A DNA stretch of 64,000 nt, taken from positions 257,625 to 321,624 of the IMG/VR virus record IMGVR_UViG_3300005613_000002; one strand, given 5' to 3'. Shown here piece after piece: positions 1 to 10,021 of this stretch. Below the pieces are notes generated by a model. That model was not told where the DNA came from. It saw nothing but the letters and a program-made list of their open reading frames with translations, and ran no database searches. The translations under genes were made by a program, and so were the position numbers. Positions within the stretch are counted from its first letter, which is position 1. Each line of letters opens with the position of its first letter.

Positions 1-52
1 GTAATTCCTTATACCAAATAGCACTACATATGACTTTCTCTATTTCTACCAT
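1..52 (-). CDS. 5' end of a hypothetical protein running off the window start
   Basis: Manual translation MVEIEKVICSAIWYKEL, open to position 1; A-rich leader. Confidence 0.5.
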   Translation of the reverse strand, partial: MVEIEKVICSAIWYKEL

Positions 53-75
53 TATTTATTTTTTGATTCTACACA

Positions 76-231
76 TCAATTAAATGGAATTTCATTTTCA
101 TCTAATTCCACATAACCTTCTTTTGAAAGTTTATCAATTTTATCAGGTGTATCAATAACGAAAACAACAATACTACCAGTGTGTGGGCATCTAAAATGTT
201 TGAACGTATCTGAAAATTCTTCTTTCTTCAT
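76..231 (-). CDS. small hypothetical protein (51 aa), not in ORF track
   Basis: Manual translation MKKEEFSDTFKHFRCPHTGSIVVFVIDTPDK...IPFN-stop; fills the gap in a co-directional gene array. Confidence 0.55.
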   Translation of the reverse strand: MKKEEFSDTFKHFRCPHTGSIVVFVIDTPDKIDKLSKEGYVELDENEIPFN

Positions 232-248
232 ATTACTTGTTTTCAATT

Positions 249-560
249 TTAAATATTTTTCACATAAAAATAATTAAAATCACCATTAATACCATATAAT
301 GTATAGACTCTATTTTTCACAAATTTTTGACGATTTTCATTAATTTCAGGAATTGCAATAAACTTATCTGTATCAGTTTCAAGTAAAACTTCACCAATAA
401 TAACAAATTCTCCATCACGACTATTATATACTGGCGTAATACTTCCAACTAATTTCTCACTAATTGGAAATGTGTTATCATCTTTAGTTCTTATTTTGAA
501 TTCTTCATACCACTTATTTGATACTAAAGTCCCATAAATTATATATTGGTTTTTTTTCAT
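249..560 (-). CDS. hypothetical protein
   Basis: 103 aa ORF, tightly packed in minus-strand array. Confidence 0.65.
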   Translation of the reverse strand: MKKNQYIIYGTLVSNKWYEEFKIRTKDDNTFPISEKLVGSITPVYNSRDGEFVIIGEVLLETDTDKFIAIPEINENRQKFVKNRVYTLYGINGDFNYFYVKNI

Positions 561-955
561 TTAAATAGTTCTTTAAATTCTACCCAAGTTGGTTTAGTGT
601 TTTCTTCAACAAAAAATTCAATCCCTTCTTCATAAATATCATGTTGAGTATCTAAGTAATTTGGGTCTGACTTATCAATATATTTCAATGTTGGGATTTT
701 ATCGATAATATGAAGATATGCAGAATCATAAGATGCACCATCCATAAAGAAATGGTCTACACTTGATGATTGAGTGAAATGTGGTTCAGTTTTAGAAAGT
801 TCTGTAAGCATGAATTTTCTCATATCATACCAATCTTTCACAAAATTACCACTATTAAATATTCTCTCACCTATCTTCCCATAAGAAATCTTAACTGATT
901 CATATCCAAGATTCTCTTTATTCCCTTCATCATAATTTATACGAATTATAGCCAT
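557..955 (-). CDS. hypothetical protein
   Basis: Track ORF 557-1000; start moved to MAIIRINY (955), which has an A-rich leader and avoids overlap with the HD gene. Confidence 0.65.
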   Translation of the reverse strand: MAIIRINYDEGNKENLGYESVKISYGKIGERIFNSGNFVKDWYDMRKFMLTELSKTEPHFTQSSSVDHFFMDGASYDSAYLHIIDKIPTLKYIDKSDPNYLDTQHDIYEEGIEFFVEENTKPTWVEFKELFK

Positions 956-972
956 TTTTATTTTTATTAAAT

Positions 973-1536
973 TTACATTCCAACCATATCCATAAACCAA
1001 TCAAAATCATCGTTGGATTTATTTCCTGTTGCATTATCACAATAATAAAACTTAGTAAATAATTCTAAACAATCTTCAGTTAGTAATATTCCAATTAATT
1101 TAGTTGCTTTTTTATTTGCACCATCCCAATCATTACGTCTATTACCTTTAGACCAAGCATTATAACCATCATCGTGATGTTGAAGAACAGTTAAAATATC
1201 GTTTTGAACTTTAAGATAATTTTCAAATTTTTCAGCAAATCTTCTAGCAATCATTCCATGATGATTTTCACCACTTTTTGATTTGCTTCGATCAACCTTA
1301 TGTTTAAAGGTATCGTGTAATATTGCGATTATTCTGAGTTTAGACCTTTGATAATCATCCTTATAATGTTTATCAATATTTTTTAAGACTTCTCCAATAT
1401 GATAAACTACTTTACCTTCAGGATGTCCATTTCTTTTTTTACCCCAACTAGCTCCCTCAATAAATATGGGGTCATTAACAATTTCTGTTTCCAGATTGTT
1501 TTCGGGTTTTATAATATCTATAATTAATTTGTTCAT
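973..1536 (-). CDS. HD-domain phosphohydrolase
   Basis: HPEGKVVYH...IIAILHDTFK (H...HD), later HGM, HHDD and YCD motifs. Confidence 0.8.
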   Translation of the reverse strand: MNKLIIDIIKPENNLETEIVNDPIFIEGASWGKKRNGHPEGKVVYHIGEVLKNIDKHYKDDYQRSKLRIIAILHDTFKHKVDRSKSKSGENHHGMIARRFAEKFENYLKVQNDILTVLQHHDDGYNAWSKGNRRNDWDGANKKATKLIGILLTEDCLELFTKFYYCDNATGNKSNDDFDWFMDMVGM

Positions 1537-1545
1537 ATTTATTAA

Positions 1546-1571
1546 TACGTAATTTTTGAAATTTTGTTACA
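1546..1571 (-). promoter_or_regulatory. ECF-type (phage middle) promoter TGTAAC-N16-CGTA
   Basis: Exact motif and 16-nt spacer upstream of the HD gene; one of five copies. Confidence 0.8.
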
Positions 1572-1725
1572 AAATATTAGAATTAAAACCAAGTTGTGGT
1601 CTAATTAATATTCTATGATGATTAATTTTTGCACTAACAACAAGAAAATCTGAAAAATCATGTTTTGGTTTATTATTATATCTTTCACAATATTCATCAT
1701 ATAGTTTGGAGTAACTTTTTATCAT
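1567..1725 (-). CDS. small hypothetical protein (52 aa), not in ORF track
   Basis: Manual translation MIKSYSKLYDEYCERYNNKPKHDF...NSNIL-stop; fills gap. Confidence 0.45.
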   Translation of the reverse strand: MIKSYSKLYDEYCERYNNKPKHDFSDFLVVSAKINHHRILIRPQLGFNSNIL

Positions 1726-1727
1726 TA

Positions 1728-1982
1728 TTATTTTTCATTATTTAACAAGACATATTTAACTAAGTCTATTGCTAACTGTCTTTCCTCACCATACAAAGGA
1801 TGTCTTACTCTTGATGGGTGTTCACCTCTAATAATCATTAACTTATCTAATGCTTGTTCTATTATGCTCTCATGAGGTAATGAATATTGAATGCGTAAGT
1901 CAAAAAGTAAATTAGCTGTATCACCAATACAATTTTCTCCAGACTGCATCTTTAACAGTAAATCATTTATTTTCTTTTTCAT
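1728..1982 (-). CDS. hypothetical protein
   Basis: 84 aa ORF in array. Confidence 0.6.
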   Translation of the reverse strand: MKKKINDLLLKMQSGENCIGDTANLLFDLRIQYSLPHESIIEQALDKLMIIRGEHPSRVRHPLYGEERQLAIDLVKYVLLNNEK

Positions 1983-1994
1983 AATATTAACAAT

Positions 1995-2204
1995 TTAAAA
2001 ATCAATTATATTAAAATTTATATTAATATAATTGACAGGTTTTACAGGTTTAAAATAAATATCAAGAACATTATCATTCAATTTTTCATTTATTTCACCA
2101 ATAAATTCGTCTTTATGGAAACATTTATTACCATCAATTTTATAATCCTTCGCATTTTGTAAATCATTACAAAGATATGCTAATGTTATATTATTTGTTA
2201 TCAT
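1995..2204 (-). CDS. hypothetical protein
   Basis: 69 aa ORF in array. Confidence 0.55.
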   Translation of the reverse strand: MITNNITLAYLCNDLQNAKDYKIDGNKCFHKDEFIGEINEKLNDNVLDIYFKPVKPVNYININFNIIDF

Positions 2205-2207
2205 TTA

Positions 2208-3632
2208 TTAGTGATCTATTTTTGTTGTAAGTACTGTAGCATTAATGCTTGGACGAGTAAATGCCACATATTTTATTTGATTTCTTTCTTTAATCACCCA
2301 ATTTTCATTAATATCATTTTCCATAACAAAAACGTGCGAATATGTACTACCCTGACTTTTATGACCAGTAATTGCATAACCATAATCCAAGTCCTTCACA
2401 ATTATATCACCAGAACTTCTATATAACCCATTCTTATGTTTATCTATGGTCACCATTATCATATTGTCACGTCTAAACGCATAATACTTTTTCCAGTTCC
2501 TTTTATTTGATTTACCCATATCACGGAAAAAATCATGCATTTGAGCATATAAATGTAAATTTTCATAATCATTACAATCAACAATAAAAACATCTTGGAA
2601 TTTAAATTGACCTTTAGATAAATTTTCCCTTATTTTTACACGATAACCTAAAATCCCATATTCATTTTCTTCTCTTTTTGACTTATCAGTAATTAGATAA
2701 TCACCAGAATTTTCAATAATGTTTACAGTTTGTCTTTCATTACTAATTGAGCGATAACCCATTAACATATCACCTACTTCAACAATATCAATATCACCAC
2801 TAAATAATTCACTACGAATTACCTTATTAGCATCTTTAACTGTATCGTTTTTCCATGCAATAACTTTTGCAAAGTCAGTATCTTTCTTAAATTCACTTGA
2901 TGAATATTTATCAAGAATTTCAGTCCTAAATTCTTTTTTCTTAACGGTGAAAAGTATACCCTCACCTAAATCGTTCATATTGGTACGTCTATCAAAACCA
3001 CCATCAATCCTATTAAGATTATTCCTAAGTGCATCATATATGAATGCTAGTGGATTTGTATCATTTTGTCTTTCGATTTTAGTTAATTGATGATACAAAT
3101 TTGTCATATTATTAAACACAGCACTTTCCTTTTCACCAACAGGTGGAATTTGAGCAGGGTCACCCATAAAGATAACTTTAGTTCTAATGTCTTTAACCTT
3201 ATCCAGAATCATTTCATATAATTCTAAATTAATCATCGATGCTTCATCAATTATCACAAAATTATAATCACCAATTCTTGGAATTGCTATTGGATTAAAT
3301 TTGGGGTCATTTGGATTGAAATTATCTAAATCAACATCAGGTCTTAAACCTAGTAAACTATGTAATGTTCTACCTTCTTTACCTGTAGTGTTCATCACTA
3401 CCTTTTTTGCTTTATGAGTTGGTGCTGATACTACAACACCATAACGATAATTATCAAGAATCTTTTTTATAATGGTCGATTTACCTGTACCAGCATATCC
3501 AGCTAGGGTAAATAGTGTCTCACCATTTTTTAACCAATTTCTGATTTTATTAACACCATCGAATTGTTCTTTGTTAAACGTAATAAGTTTACCATTAGGT
3601 AGTATTAATTGATTATCTTGAATTTTATTCAT
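2208..3632 (-). CDS. dda: Dda/RecD-like SF1B DNA helicase
   Basis: Walker A GYAGTGKST, SAPTHKA, IIDEASM, GDPAQIPPV, LTKIERQ, YAITGHKSQGSTY, YVAFTRP. Confidence 0.92.
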   Translation of the reverse strand: MNKIQDNQLILPNGKLITFNKEQFDGVNKIRNWLKNGETLFTLAGYAGTGKSTIIKKILDNYRYGVVVSAPTHKAKKVVMNTTGKEGRTLHSLLGLRPDVDLDNFNPNDPKFNPIAIPRIGDYNFVIIDEASMINLELYEMILDKVKDIRTKVIFMGDPAQIPPVGEKESAVFNNMTNLYHQLTKIERQNDTNPLAFIYDALRNNLNRIDGGFDRRTNMNDLGEGILFTVKKKEFRTEILDKYSSSEFKKDTDFAKVIAWKNDTVKDANKVIRSELFSGDIDIVEVGDMLMGYRSISNERQTVNIIENSGDYLITDKSKREENEYGILGYRVKIRENLSKGQFKFQDVFIVDCNDYENLHLYAQMHDFFRDMGKSNKRNWKKYYAFRRDNMIMVTIDKHKNGLYRSSGDIIVKDLDYGYAITGHKSQGSTYSHVFVMENDINENWVIKERNQIKYVAFTRPSINATVLTTKIDH

Positions 3633-3644
3633 AAATTATAATTA

Positions 3645-4133
3645 TTACTTTATTTTAGCTAACCTTTTTTTTAATGTTATTATTCTCATTACACCCAATC
3701 GTGCTAATTTAAATTGTTCTTCTTGTGTCCATTTAAAAAAATCTTTTCGAATAGGGGCATTTATTGTATAATATACTTTATTATTTCTCACATATCCCAA
3801 TCCTGCATTTTTTGGTAGATTGTTTTTTGCAAACTCATGTAATTCATATGGAACAATATAATAAAGTCTTTTAATAAACTTACTATCATGTGAGTGTTTC
3901 TTTTTAAAATCTGCCTTAAAATCACCTTTACTGATTTTAATTTCATATTCGGTAGCATAACCAGCAGGTGTAACTTTTAATATATCACATTCATGTAATT
4001 CATCATATTCTCTATGATTTTTTTTATTAAAATACCGAACAATTCCATAACTAACATTTGGAACTACAATATTTTGTCGAAAATTGCAATCTTTAATTAA
4101 TGCAATTTCAATATCAATTGTTCTTAATTTCAT
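3645..4133 (-). CDS. MmcB-like PD-(D/E)xK nuclease
   Basis: ECDILKV...EYEIKISKGDFKADFKK motif. Confidence 0.7.
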   Translation of the reverse strand: MKLRTIDIEIALIKDCNFRQNIVVPNVSYGIVRYFNKKNHREYDELHECDILKVTPAGYATEYEIKISKGDFKADFKKKHSHDSKFIKRLYYIVPYELHEFAKNNLPKNAGLGYVRNNKVYYTINAPIRKDFFKWTQEEQFKLARLGVMRIITLKKRLAKIK

Positions 4134-4137
4134 TACA

Positions 4138-4168
4138 CAAATATATTAAATTATTCCATCAAAACAAA
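4138..4168 (-). promoter_or_regulatory. Bacteroidota primary-sigma promoter (TTTG-N19-TATATTTG)
   Basis: Matches the Bacteroides -33/-7 consensus, 4 nt upstream of the ATG at 4133. Confidence 0.6.
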
Positions 4169-4209
4169 CATACTAACAATAAATACATCAAACTAATTTT
4201 TAATTGGTA

Positions 4210-4218
4210 ACTATTTAT
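4210..4218 (+). promoter_or_regulatory. late-promoter-like motif ACTATTTAT
   Basis: Variant of AGTATTTAT, 15 nt upstream of the GIY-YIG start. Confidence 0.45.
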
Positions 4219-4233
4219 ATTAAATAAAATATT

Positions 4234-5010
4234 ATGAAAAAAATAATTGGAATATATAAAATAACTAATCAAAAAAATCAAATTTATATTGGACAATCAA
4301 CTAATATTTCTCGAAGAAAATATCAATATTCAAAAAAACAATGTAAAAGACAATATAAAATTTATAATTCAATAAATAAATATGGTTGGGTGAATCATAT
4401 ATTTGAAATAATAAAAGAATGTGAAATAAATGATTTAAATAAATTTGAAGAATTATACATAAATCAATATAATACTTTTAACACACTACATGGTTTAAAT
4501 TTAACAAGTGGTGGTGATTCAAAAAAACACACAAAAGAAACTATTGAAAAGTTATCGAAAAGAATGAAAGGTAATAAAATTTGGTTAGGAAAAACACATA
4601 CCATAACTACAAAGCAAAAAATTTCAGAATCAAATAAAGGGAAAACATTTAGTAATGAAACAAGAAAAAAAATGAGTAATTCAGCAAAAAATAAGAAGGT
4701 ATCTAATGAAACAAGAAAAAAAATGAGTTTAAATAAAATTGGTAAGAAAAAACCACAAAATGAAATTGATAAAATGTTAAAAACTAAATTAAAAAAATAT
4801 GGGTCATGTACTAATAATATGAAACGTAATCCATATACTTATGAAATTTATGATAATAATAATTTATTAAAATATAAATTTACTGATAATTTTTATAAGA
4901 AAACTAAAGAACTAAACTTACCATATGATGGTTTAAAATCAACAATAAAAAATAACAACAAAATGATTAGAGGTAAATATAAAAATTGGTATGCACGAGT
5001 TATTAAATAA
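4234..5010 (+). mobile_element. freestanding GIY-YIG homing endonuclease with NUMOD3 repeats
   Basis: IGIYKIT...IYIGQS, conserved R and E, repeated HT/S-xETxxKMS-xxKG motifs; opposite strand to neighbours. Confidence 0.88.
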
Positions 5011-5028
5011 ATCTTACACACCAATTTT

Positions 5029-5298
5029 TCAATGCATTTGTATTGGTAAGGAATTTAATTGTGCTTCTTTCAAAATAATTTTTGTGTTTGCTTTAATCTT
5101 TTCTGATTTTTCTTTAAAAAATTGTTCTTCTTTATTTCGAAAATGAAAACTATTTTTTAAAGAAAAATCAGGGTGTCCTTTAAATGACAACTGAACATCA
5201 TACCCATTTTCTTTTAATGTTTTTTCTATTTGTAACATTAATGTTGATTTTCCACTATTTACTTCACCTGCAATAATTATACTCAATTCATTTCCCAT
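5029..5298 (-). CDS. small P-loop protein
   Basis: IIIAGEVNSGKST Walker A; only 89 aa, no clear Walker B. Confidence 0.55.
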   Translation of the reverse strand: MGNELSIIIAGEVNSGKSTLMLQIEKTLKENGYDVQLSFKGHPDFSLKNSFHFRNKEEQFFKEKSEKIKANTKIILKEAQLNSLPIQMH

Positions 5299-5303
5299 AT
5301 TAC

Positions 5304-5861
5304 TTATTTAAAAATAGATTTATAATGTTTTTTTAATTTACGAAGTTTTAATGTTTCAGCACTAGTATGTCTACTTAATTTGTATATTGTTTCAGCATGA
5401 CAATCATTAAAAACACCAATAGCTTCCATTTTCCAATCTTTTTCTTTTTCATTTGGATTATTAAGAATTTCAGTGAGATAATTTAATGCTAATTTTAATA
5501 TTTGTGCTTTTGTGACTGGTTTTGATTTAAATTTTTTCCATTCATTACCACATTTATTACAATGGTTAACTTCATGGGTATCAACAGTTGTTAAACTATT
5601 TATTTTTTTAAATCCAAATGCATGTAAATTTGTTACATTAACTTTACCTTGAACATCAGATATTTTATCTACAATATCTTTTTCTTTGGCATGACATTTG
5701 GGACAATTGTGATTGTGGTAATTTTTTGAATCTTTTTGTTCTTTATTTTCTCGTTGTGAAATTAAGAGACAATTATTTGTAATTATATTAATATCATTAA
5801 TAATTAATAATCGCAATTTTTTATTTAATACATATATAATATACAATAATAAATTTATCAT
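5304..5861 (-). CDS. zinc-ribbon hypothetical protein
   Basis: CPKC...CNKCGNEW; start uncertain. Confidence 0.55.
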   Translation of the reverse strand: MINLLLYIIYVLNKKLRLLIINDINIITNNCLLISQRENKEQKDSKNYHNHNCPKCHAKEKDIVDKISDVQGKVNVTNLHAFGFKKINSLTTVDTHEVNHCNKCGNEWKKFKSKPVTKAQILKLALNYLTEILNNPNEKEKDWKMEAIGVFNDCHAETIYKLSRHTSAETLKLRKLKKHYKSIFK

Positions 5862-6452
5862 TTATGCTAACTTTTTTCCACTAATAAGTTCACGAAGAAA
5901 TACATTTTTTAGTCCTCCTAATGACCTAACCCATTCTTTATAATCATTATTATAATATTCACGAATTTCATCATTAGTGCATCCCTCTAAAATTATTCTA
6001 AGTTCATCATTTTTTAATGAATTATTAATATTTTGTCTCTCAATATAAAAATCAATAAAGTCTGGATACTCTTTTTTATTAAATACTCTTTCATCTAAAA
6101 TAAAACAAAGTGCAGTTAATGAATTATTTAAATCTGGTTCACGAAAAAATGAAAAATTAATTTCGTTTTCATTTAATTTATCACCAATTTGATTTAAAGT
6201 TCCCACGGTATTTTCATTAATATCAATTTCATCATTGGTTGTACCACCATTAAGAATAATCCATGTTTTCCAATTCTTAATAAAATCTAAATATTCAGTA
6301 TTATCCCAATATTTAGCAGCATATTCTAATGCAGCATGACCACACTGAATACCTTTCTGAATACCAGTTAATTGATATATTGTAAAGAAATACATTCTAA
6401 GTTCAAGATGTTTTTCTTCTATTACTTCATTCTGTTTGATTTTTTCTTCCAT
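5862..6452 (-). CDS. Pth2-like peptidyl-tRNA hydrolase fold protein
   Basis: RMYFF...GIQKGIQCGHAALEY, WKTWIILNGG, FREPDLNNSLTALCF pattern. Confidence 0.65.
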   Translation of the reverse strand: MEEKIKQNEVIEEKHLELRMYFFTIYQLTGIQKGIQCGHAALEYAAKYWDNTEYLDFIKNWKTWIILNGGTTNDEIDINENTVGTLNQIGDKLNENEINFSFFREPDLNNSLTALCFILDERVFNKKEYPDFIDFYIERQNINNSLKNDELRIILEGCTNDEIREYYNNDYKEWVRSLGGLKNVFLRELISGKKLA

Positions 6453-6465
6453 AATTTATCTTATT

Positions 6466-7248
6466 TTAATTTTTTTTCAATATATCAATAATTTCATCAA
6501 TTGGGGTAGTTTTTGATATTTCTTCACATCTACTCCATTTATTAAATTCATTAAATTTATCCCAAAGAATATTTTCACATCCATTAGAATAACCTTGAAA
6601 ATCATTTTTAAATGAACTAAAACCAATTTTCTTACCATAACCATAAGCAATTGCTATTTCACCATCAATTGTGGAATCAATAAAATTTCCTTTACCAGTT
6701 ATCGCACTTGCAGTATTAACCATATCCATTAAAAATGAACTATTTTTAATAATTCTAACAATAAAACCGTTTTTCCTTAATTCATTTGTTAATTCTTTAG
6801 AATATTCACAATTACTAAAATGAGCAGAATAACTAGGTAAATTGATTTGATATTCAGGATTAAAACTATTTTCTTTTTTTACTTTAAATTTAAATGAATT
6901 ATCAATATTTTTTCCTACATAATACCAACTTTTATTAAAACTAACAGTTGTTCCAATTGGGATGTTTTTACATTTAAGTGTTTTACGAATACATGCTTTT
7001 AATGAAATATCTTTAAATCTTGTCCAATATAATTTTGCACTATGGTAAAAATTTAATCCATCTTGATATCTCCCATCAGTGTAATGACAAGGTAATGCAT
7101 TATATTGTTTTTCTTTTTCAATTTCAGGATTATACACAAAATTATGTGAATCACAATAAGCAAAATCACCATTAATTTCAATAGAATTAAATTTGTTTAT
7201 TCTACATCCTTTAGGTGCTTGATGACCTAATTTATTAATATTCCTCAT
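6466..7248 (-). CDS. hypothetical protein
   Basis: 260 aa ORF. Confidence 0.75.
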   Translation of the reverse strand: MRNINKLGHQAPKGCRINKFNSIEINGDFAYCDSHNFVYNPEIEKEKQYNALPCHYTDGRYQDGLNFYHSAKLYWTRFKDISLKACIRKTLKCKNIPIGTTVSFNKSWYYVGKNIDNSFKFKVKKENSFNPEYQINLPSYSAHFSNCEYSKELTNELRKNGFIVRIIKNSSFLMDMVNTASAITGKGNFIDSTIDGEIAIAYGYGKKIGFSSFKNDFQGYSNGCENILWDKFNEFNKWSRCEEISKTTPIDEIIDILKKN

Positions 7249-7253
7249 TTTTA

Positions 7254-7466
7254 TTATAATTTTTGAACAAATGTATTATTATCTAATGCTTTTTGTGCAA
7301 CATGTGGGTCTCTAAAATAATTACTTTCTCTTGAATATGGTTCTGATTCATAATTTGATGTCAAATATAATCTACCAATATAATATCCTGCTGCTGATTG
7401 TAACACTTTTAACTCACTAATTTTAGGATAAACCACTATTTCATCTTCTTTTAATTCAAGCTCCAT
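7254..7466 (-). CDS. small hypothetical phage protein
   Basis: 70 aa; SAAGYYIG...EPYSRES motif. Confidence 0.65.
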   Translation of the reverse strand: MELELKEDEIVVYPKISELKVLQSAAGYYIGRLYLTSNYESEPYSRESNYFRDPHVAQKALDNNTFVQKL

Positions 7467-7469
7467 ATT

Positions 7470-7664
7470 TTATTTTTTTTCATCGAATCCCAATATTTGT
7501 CTTTCTAAACAATCAATAACTTCATTGGTTTTATTTAATGTTGCTTTTCTAATTCTAACATAGTACCTATGAAACCATAACATATTTTGAACTCTAACAA
7601 TAGTAGCTGTTTCATCAAAAAGTAATTTTACTCTATCACCCTTTTTATATTTAGGTTTATTCAT
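7470..7664 (-). CDS. small hypothetical protein (KOW/SH3-like)
   Basis: KYKKGDRVKL start typical of SH3-barrel/YorP-like proteins. Confidence 0.5.
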   Translation of the reverse strand: MNKPKYKKGDRVKLLFDETATIVRVQNMLWFHRYYVRIRKATLNKTNEVIDCLERQILGFDEKK

Positions 7665-7678
7665 AACGTATCTATATT

Positions 7679-7867
7679 TTATTTTTTTAATTTTTCAAAA
7701 TTTTTACAATATTTAGAACAATTATTTTTATTTCTTGATCTAAAAATTTTGAAAAATTCTGTGAATAAAACAGCAATAAAAACAAGACAGCCATTCAATA
7801 ATATTATAAACCCAATAAAACGCCAGAAACCAGAAAATATGTATTTTAAAAATTCAATTAATTCCAT
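7679..7867 (-). CDS. small membrane protein
   Basis: One hydrophobic segment FIGFIILLNGCLVFIAVLF. Confidence 0.55.
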   Translation of the reverse strand: MELIEFLKYIFSGFWRFIGFIILLNGCLVFIAVLFTEFFKIFRSRNKNNCSKYCKNFEKLKK

Positions 7868-8024
7868 TTCTCATTTTTTTAATTTTTTTATTTCCTTTTT
7901 GTTTGATGTTTTTACCTAGAACAACATCCTTTCCTTCATCTTCCAAACAATCCCAACAAACATCATCGGGTGCGCCATGCATGGTTAGATTAATATTACA
8001 ATCACAATATTTACATTTTTTCAT
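7854..8024 (-). CDS. small zinc-finger protein (56 aa), not in ORF track
   Basis: Manual translation MKKCKYCDCNINLTMHGAPDDVCWDCLEDEG...; CxxC...CxxC. Confidence 0.55.
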   Translation of the reverse strand: MKKCKYCDCNINLTMHGAPDDVCWDCLEDEGKDVVLGKNIKQKGNKKIKKMRNGIN

Positions 8025-8385
8025 TTATTAATGTTTTTTCTTTTTTTGCCAACTCTAGTGCTAATTTACAACTTAATGATTGATATTCCAATATATTTTT
8101 CCTTTTTTCCGTTCTTTTAATAAAATTAATTAATGCTTCTCCTTTTGTGGGATATGCATAACGTTTCTTTGCTGTCTTAGATACCCATCTACCTTCATCA
8201 CGCAATAAACCATCATTTAGATAACCACTACCAATCCAATAACCTTTTGGTGTTTCTTTAAATAAATTATAGCTATGACAAATTAATGAAGGGATTGGGA
8301 ATCTATTCCTCAAACTATTACCATATTCACCATCAGTATCTAATGATGCATATTGAATTATTTCATATCTATAAAATTTCATCAT
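8011..8385 (-). CDS. hypothetical protein
   Basis: 124 aa ORF; ETPKGYWI motif. Confidence 0.65.
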   Translation of the reverse strand: MMKFYRYEIIQYASLDTDGEYGNSLRNRFPIPSLICHSYNLFKETPKGYWIGSGYLNDGLLRDEGRWVSKTAKKRYAYPTKGEALINFIKRTEKRKNILEYQSLSCKLALELAKKEKTLINEKM

Positions 8386-8915
8386 TAATTTTCAATTGAA
8401 TATTTACATTTTAAAACTTTTGTTTTTCCATCATCATCTATAAATGTAATATTATCAGCTTTACAAATATTTTTTCTAGTTAAAGATGTTGCCTTAAAAT
8501 TAAAGCAATTAATTTTATTTAATGGAGTTAATTTATCTTCCTTTCTTAAATCAGAACGCTTTAATAAAATCCTATAAAAATCACCACCAAAACGTTCAAT
8601 ATATTCTTCAAAAGTACCACCTTTAGCATTACCATGTCCATCATTTCTACATGACCAAGATAACCATTTATTATGTGTTTTATTTTTTTCAATATATAAA
8701 TCAAGATCATTTTCATTTATAGGAAAAAAATCATAATTTATTGTGAGATTATCAAAAGTAAAATGTAACATAGCATTTGGTCTTGTACCATCTTGATACG
8801 TTACTTTTTTTGTAGACCAAGAACGATAACAACCATTTGATTCATCTAAATCAAAAATGTGAAAATCACGTGGTCTTACTAAATATTTAGGTTTGCTTTT
8901 CATTATGTTCCTCAA
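8385..8915 (-). CDS. hypothetical protein
   Basis: 176 aa ORF. Confidence 0.65.
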   Translation of the reverse strand: MRNIMKSKPKYLVRPRDFHIFDLDESNGCYRSWSTKKVTYQDGTRPNAMLHFTFDNLTINYDFFPINENDLDLYIEKNKTHNKWLSWSCRNDGHGNAKGGTFEEYIERFGGDFYRILLKRSDLRKEDKLTPLNKINCFNFKATSLTRKNICKADNITFIDDDGKTKVLKCKYSIEN

Positions 8916-9117
8916 TTTCTTTCATTAAATGTTCGGTATGTTTTTCTGAATATTCCATTAACTTAGCTAATAATTCGTCTTCATCAGGAGTCCACATTTT
9001 ATTTTCTCGAAAACCTAATTCACTTAATAATGTAATGAATGCCATTTCATTTAAAACTTTTATCTTAGTTTTAAGTGGGATTCTTTTCAAAAGATTATTT
9101 AAGGTATTACTTTTCAT
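8887..9117 (-). CDS. hypothetical protein
   Basis: 76 aa ORF. Confidence 0.55.
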   Translation of the reverse strand: MKSNTLNNLLKRIPLKTKIKVLNEMAFITLLSELGFRENKMWTPDEDELLAKLMEYSEKHTEHLMKEIEEHNEKQT

Positions 9118-9126
9118 TTAATAAAT

Positions 9127-10020
9127 TTAACCTTTTCTGATTTCACTCAATTTTTTATTACCTGTCAACCATTCACGAATTTCTTCAACACTATACCAAC
9201 CAGAATTATTATCATTATCACTATAATTAACCCAATACATTATATTATATTTAGTATTGTATTTTTTCTTCTCTGCTTCACGGTTTTCATCATCATCATA
9301 ATCAATCCATTTTGGTGAACATGCCATAAAATATTTATCACCTTGATAACCGTTTTTATTTCCATGTTTTTCAATAATTTTCTTCATTCCGATTTTTTTC
9401 TCATAATCGATACGATCAAATAATTCTTTATCAGCATCAAACATTTCTTTTCTTGCTTCTTCTGGAATACGATCACTTATTAATATACTTAAAGAAGCTC
9501 TACTAAATGGATTATTAGGTGTTAAATTAATAAATGCAATTGTGACATTTTTATTTTCTAAAGCAACTTTAAGTTCTTTTAAATATTGAACATCTTTTTC
9601 TCCCATGAGACCAATACCAAAACCATCTTCATCCCATGCTGTTACAATATTTTCCCTATTTTTTTCATTTGGATGGTCTTTTATCCACTTGGAAGTCCAC
9701 TCTAAATCACTAACATAGTTCTCTAAATCACTTGGGGTGTATTTTTCATTTTCCTCAACACTTCTCCAAGACAAACCTGAATATAATAGTGCAAATTTAT
9801 TTTTTTTATGTGTTTCTTCTTTAAAAATAAGTGGTGAGCACTTAGTTATAGTGCGAGATTTAATTCCCATATTTCTCTTTGTTGATTCAGGAATACCAAA
9901 ATTTCTTTTTATCCCTTTAATACCCCACTCATGTTCTGCTGTAAAATCAAAACCTAAAGAAACACCAATGAATTTATCATCAATAATTATTGTACCATTA
10001 TTTTGACCTGCTTTTTTCAT
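9127..10020 (-). CDS. hypothetical protein
   Basis: 297 aa ORF. Confidence 0.75.
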   Translation of the reverse strand: MKKAGQNNGTIIIDDKFIGVSLGFDFTAEHEWGIKGIKRNFGIPESTKRNMGIKSRTITKCSPLIFKEETHKKNKFALLYSGLSWRSVEENEKYTPSDLENYVSDLEWTSKWIKDHPNEKNRENIVTAWDEDGFGIGLMGEKDVQYLKELKVALENKNVTIAFINLTPNNPFSRASLSILISDRIPEEARKEMFDADKELFDRIDYEKKIGMKKIIEKHGNKNGYQGDKYFMACSPKWIDYDDDENREAEKKKYNTKYNIMYWVNYSDNDNNSGWYSVEEIREWLTGNKKLSEIRKG

Positions 10021-10021
10021 T

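Noticed and set aside
4234-5010. Group I intron around the GIY-YIG ORF
   Set aside because: Flanking genes are complete, unrelated and on the opposite strand, and there is no room for an intron core.
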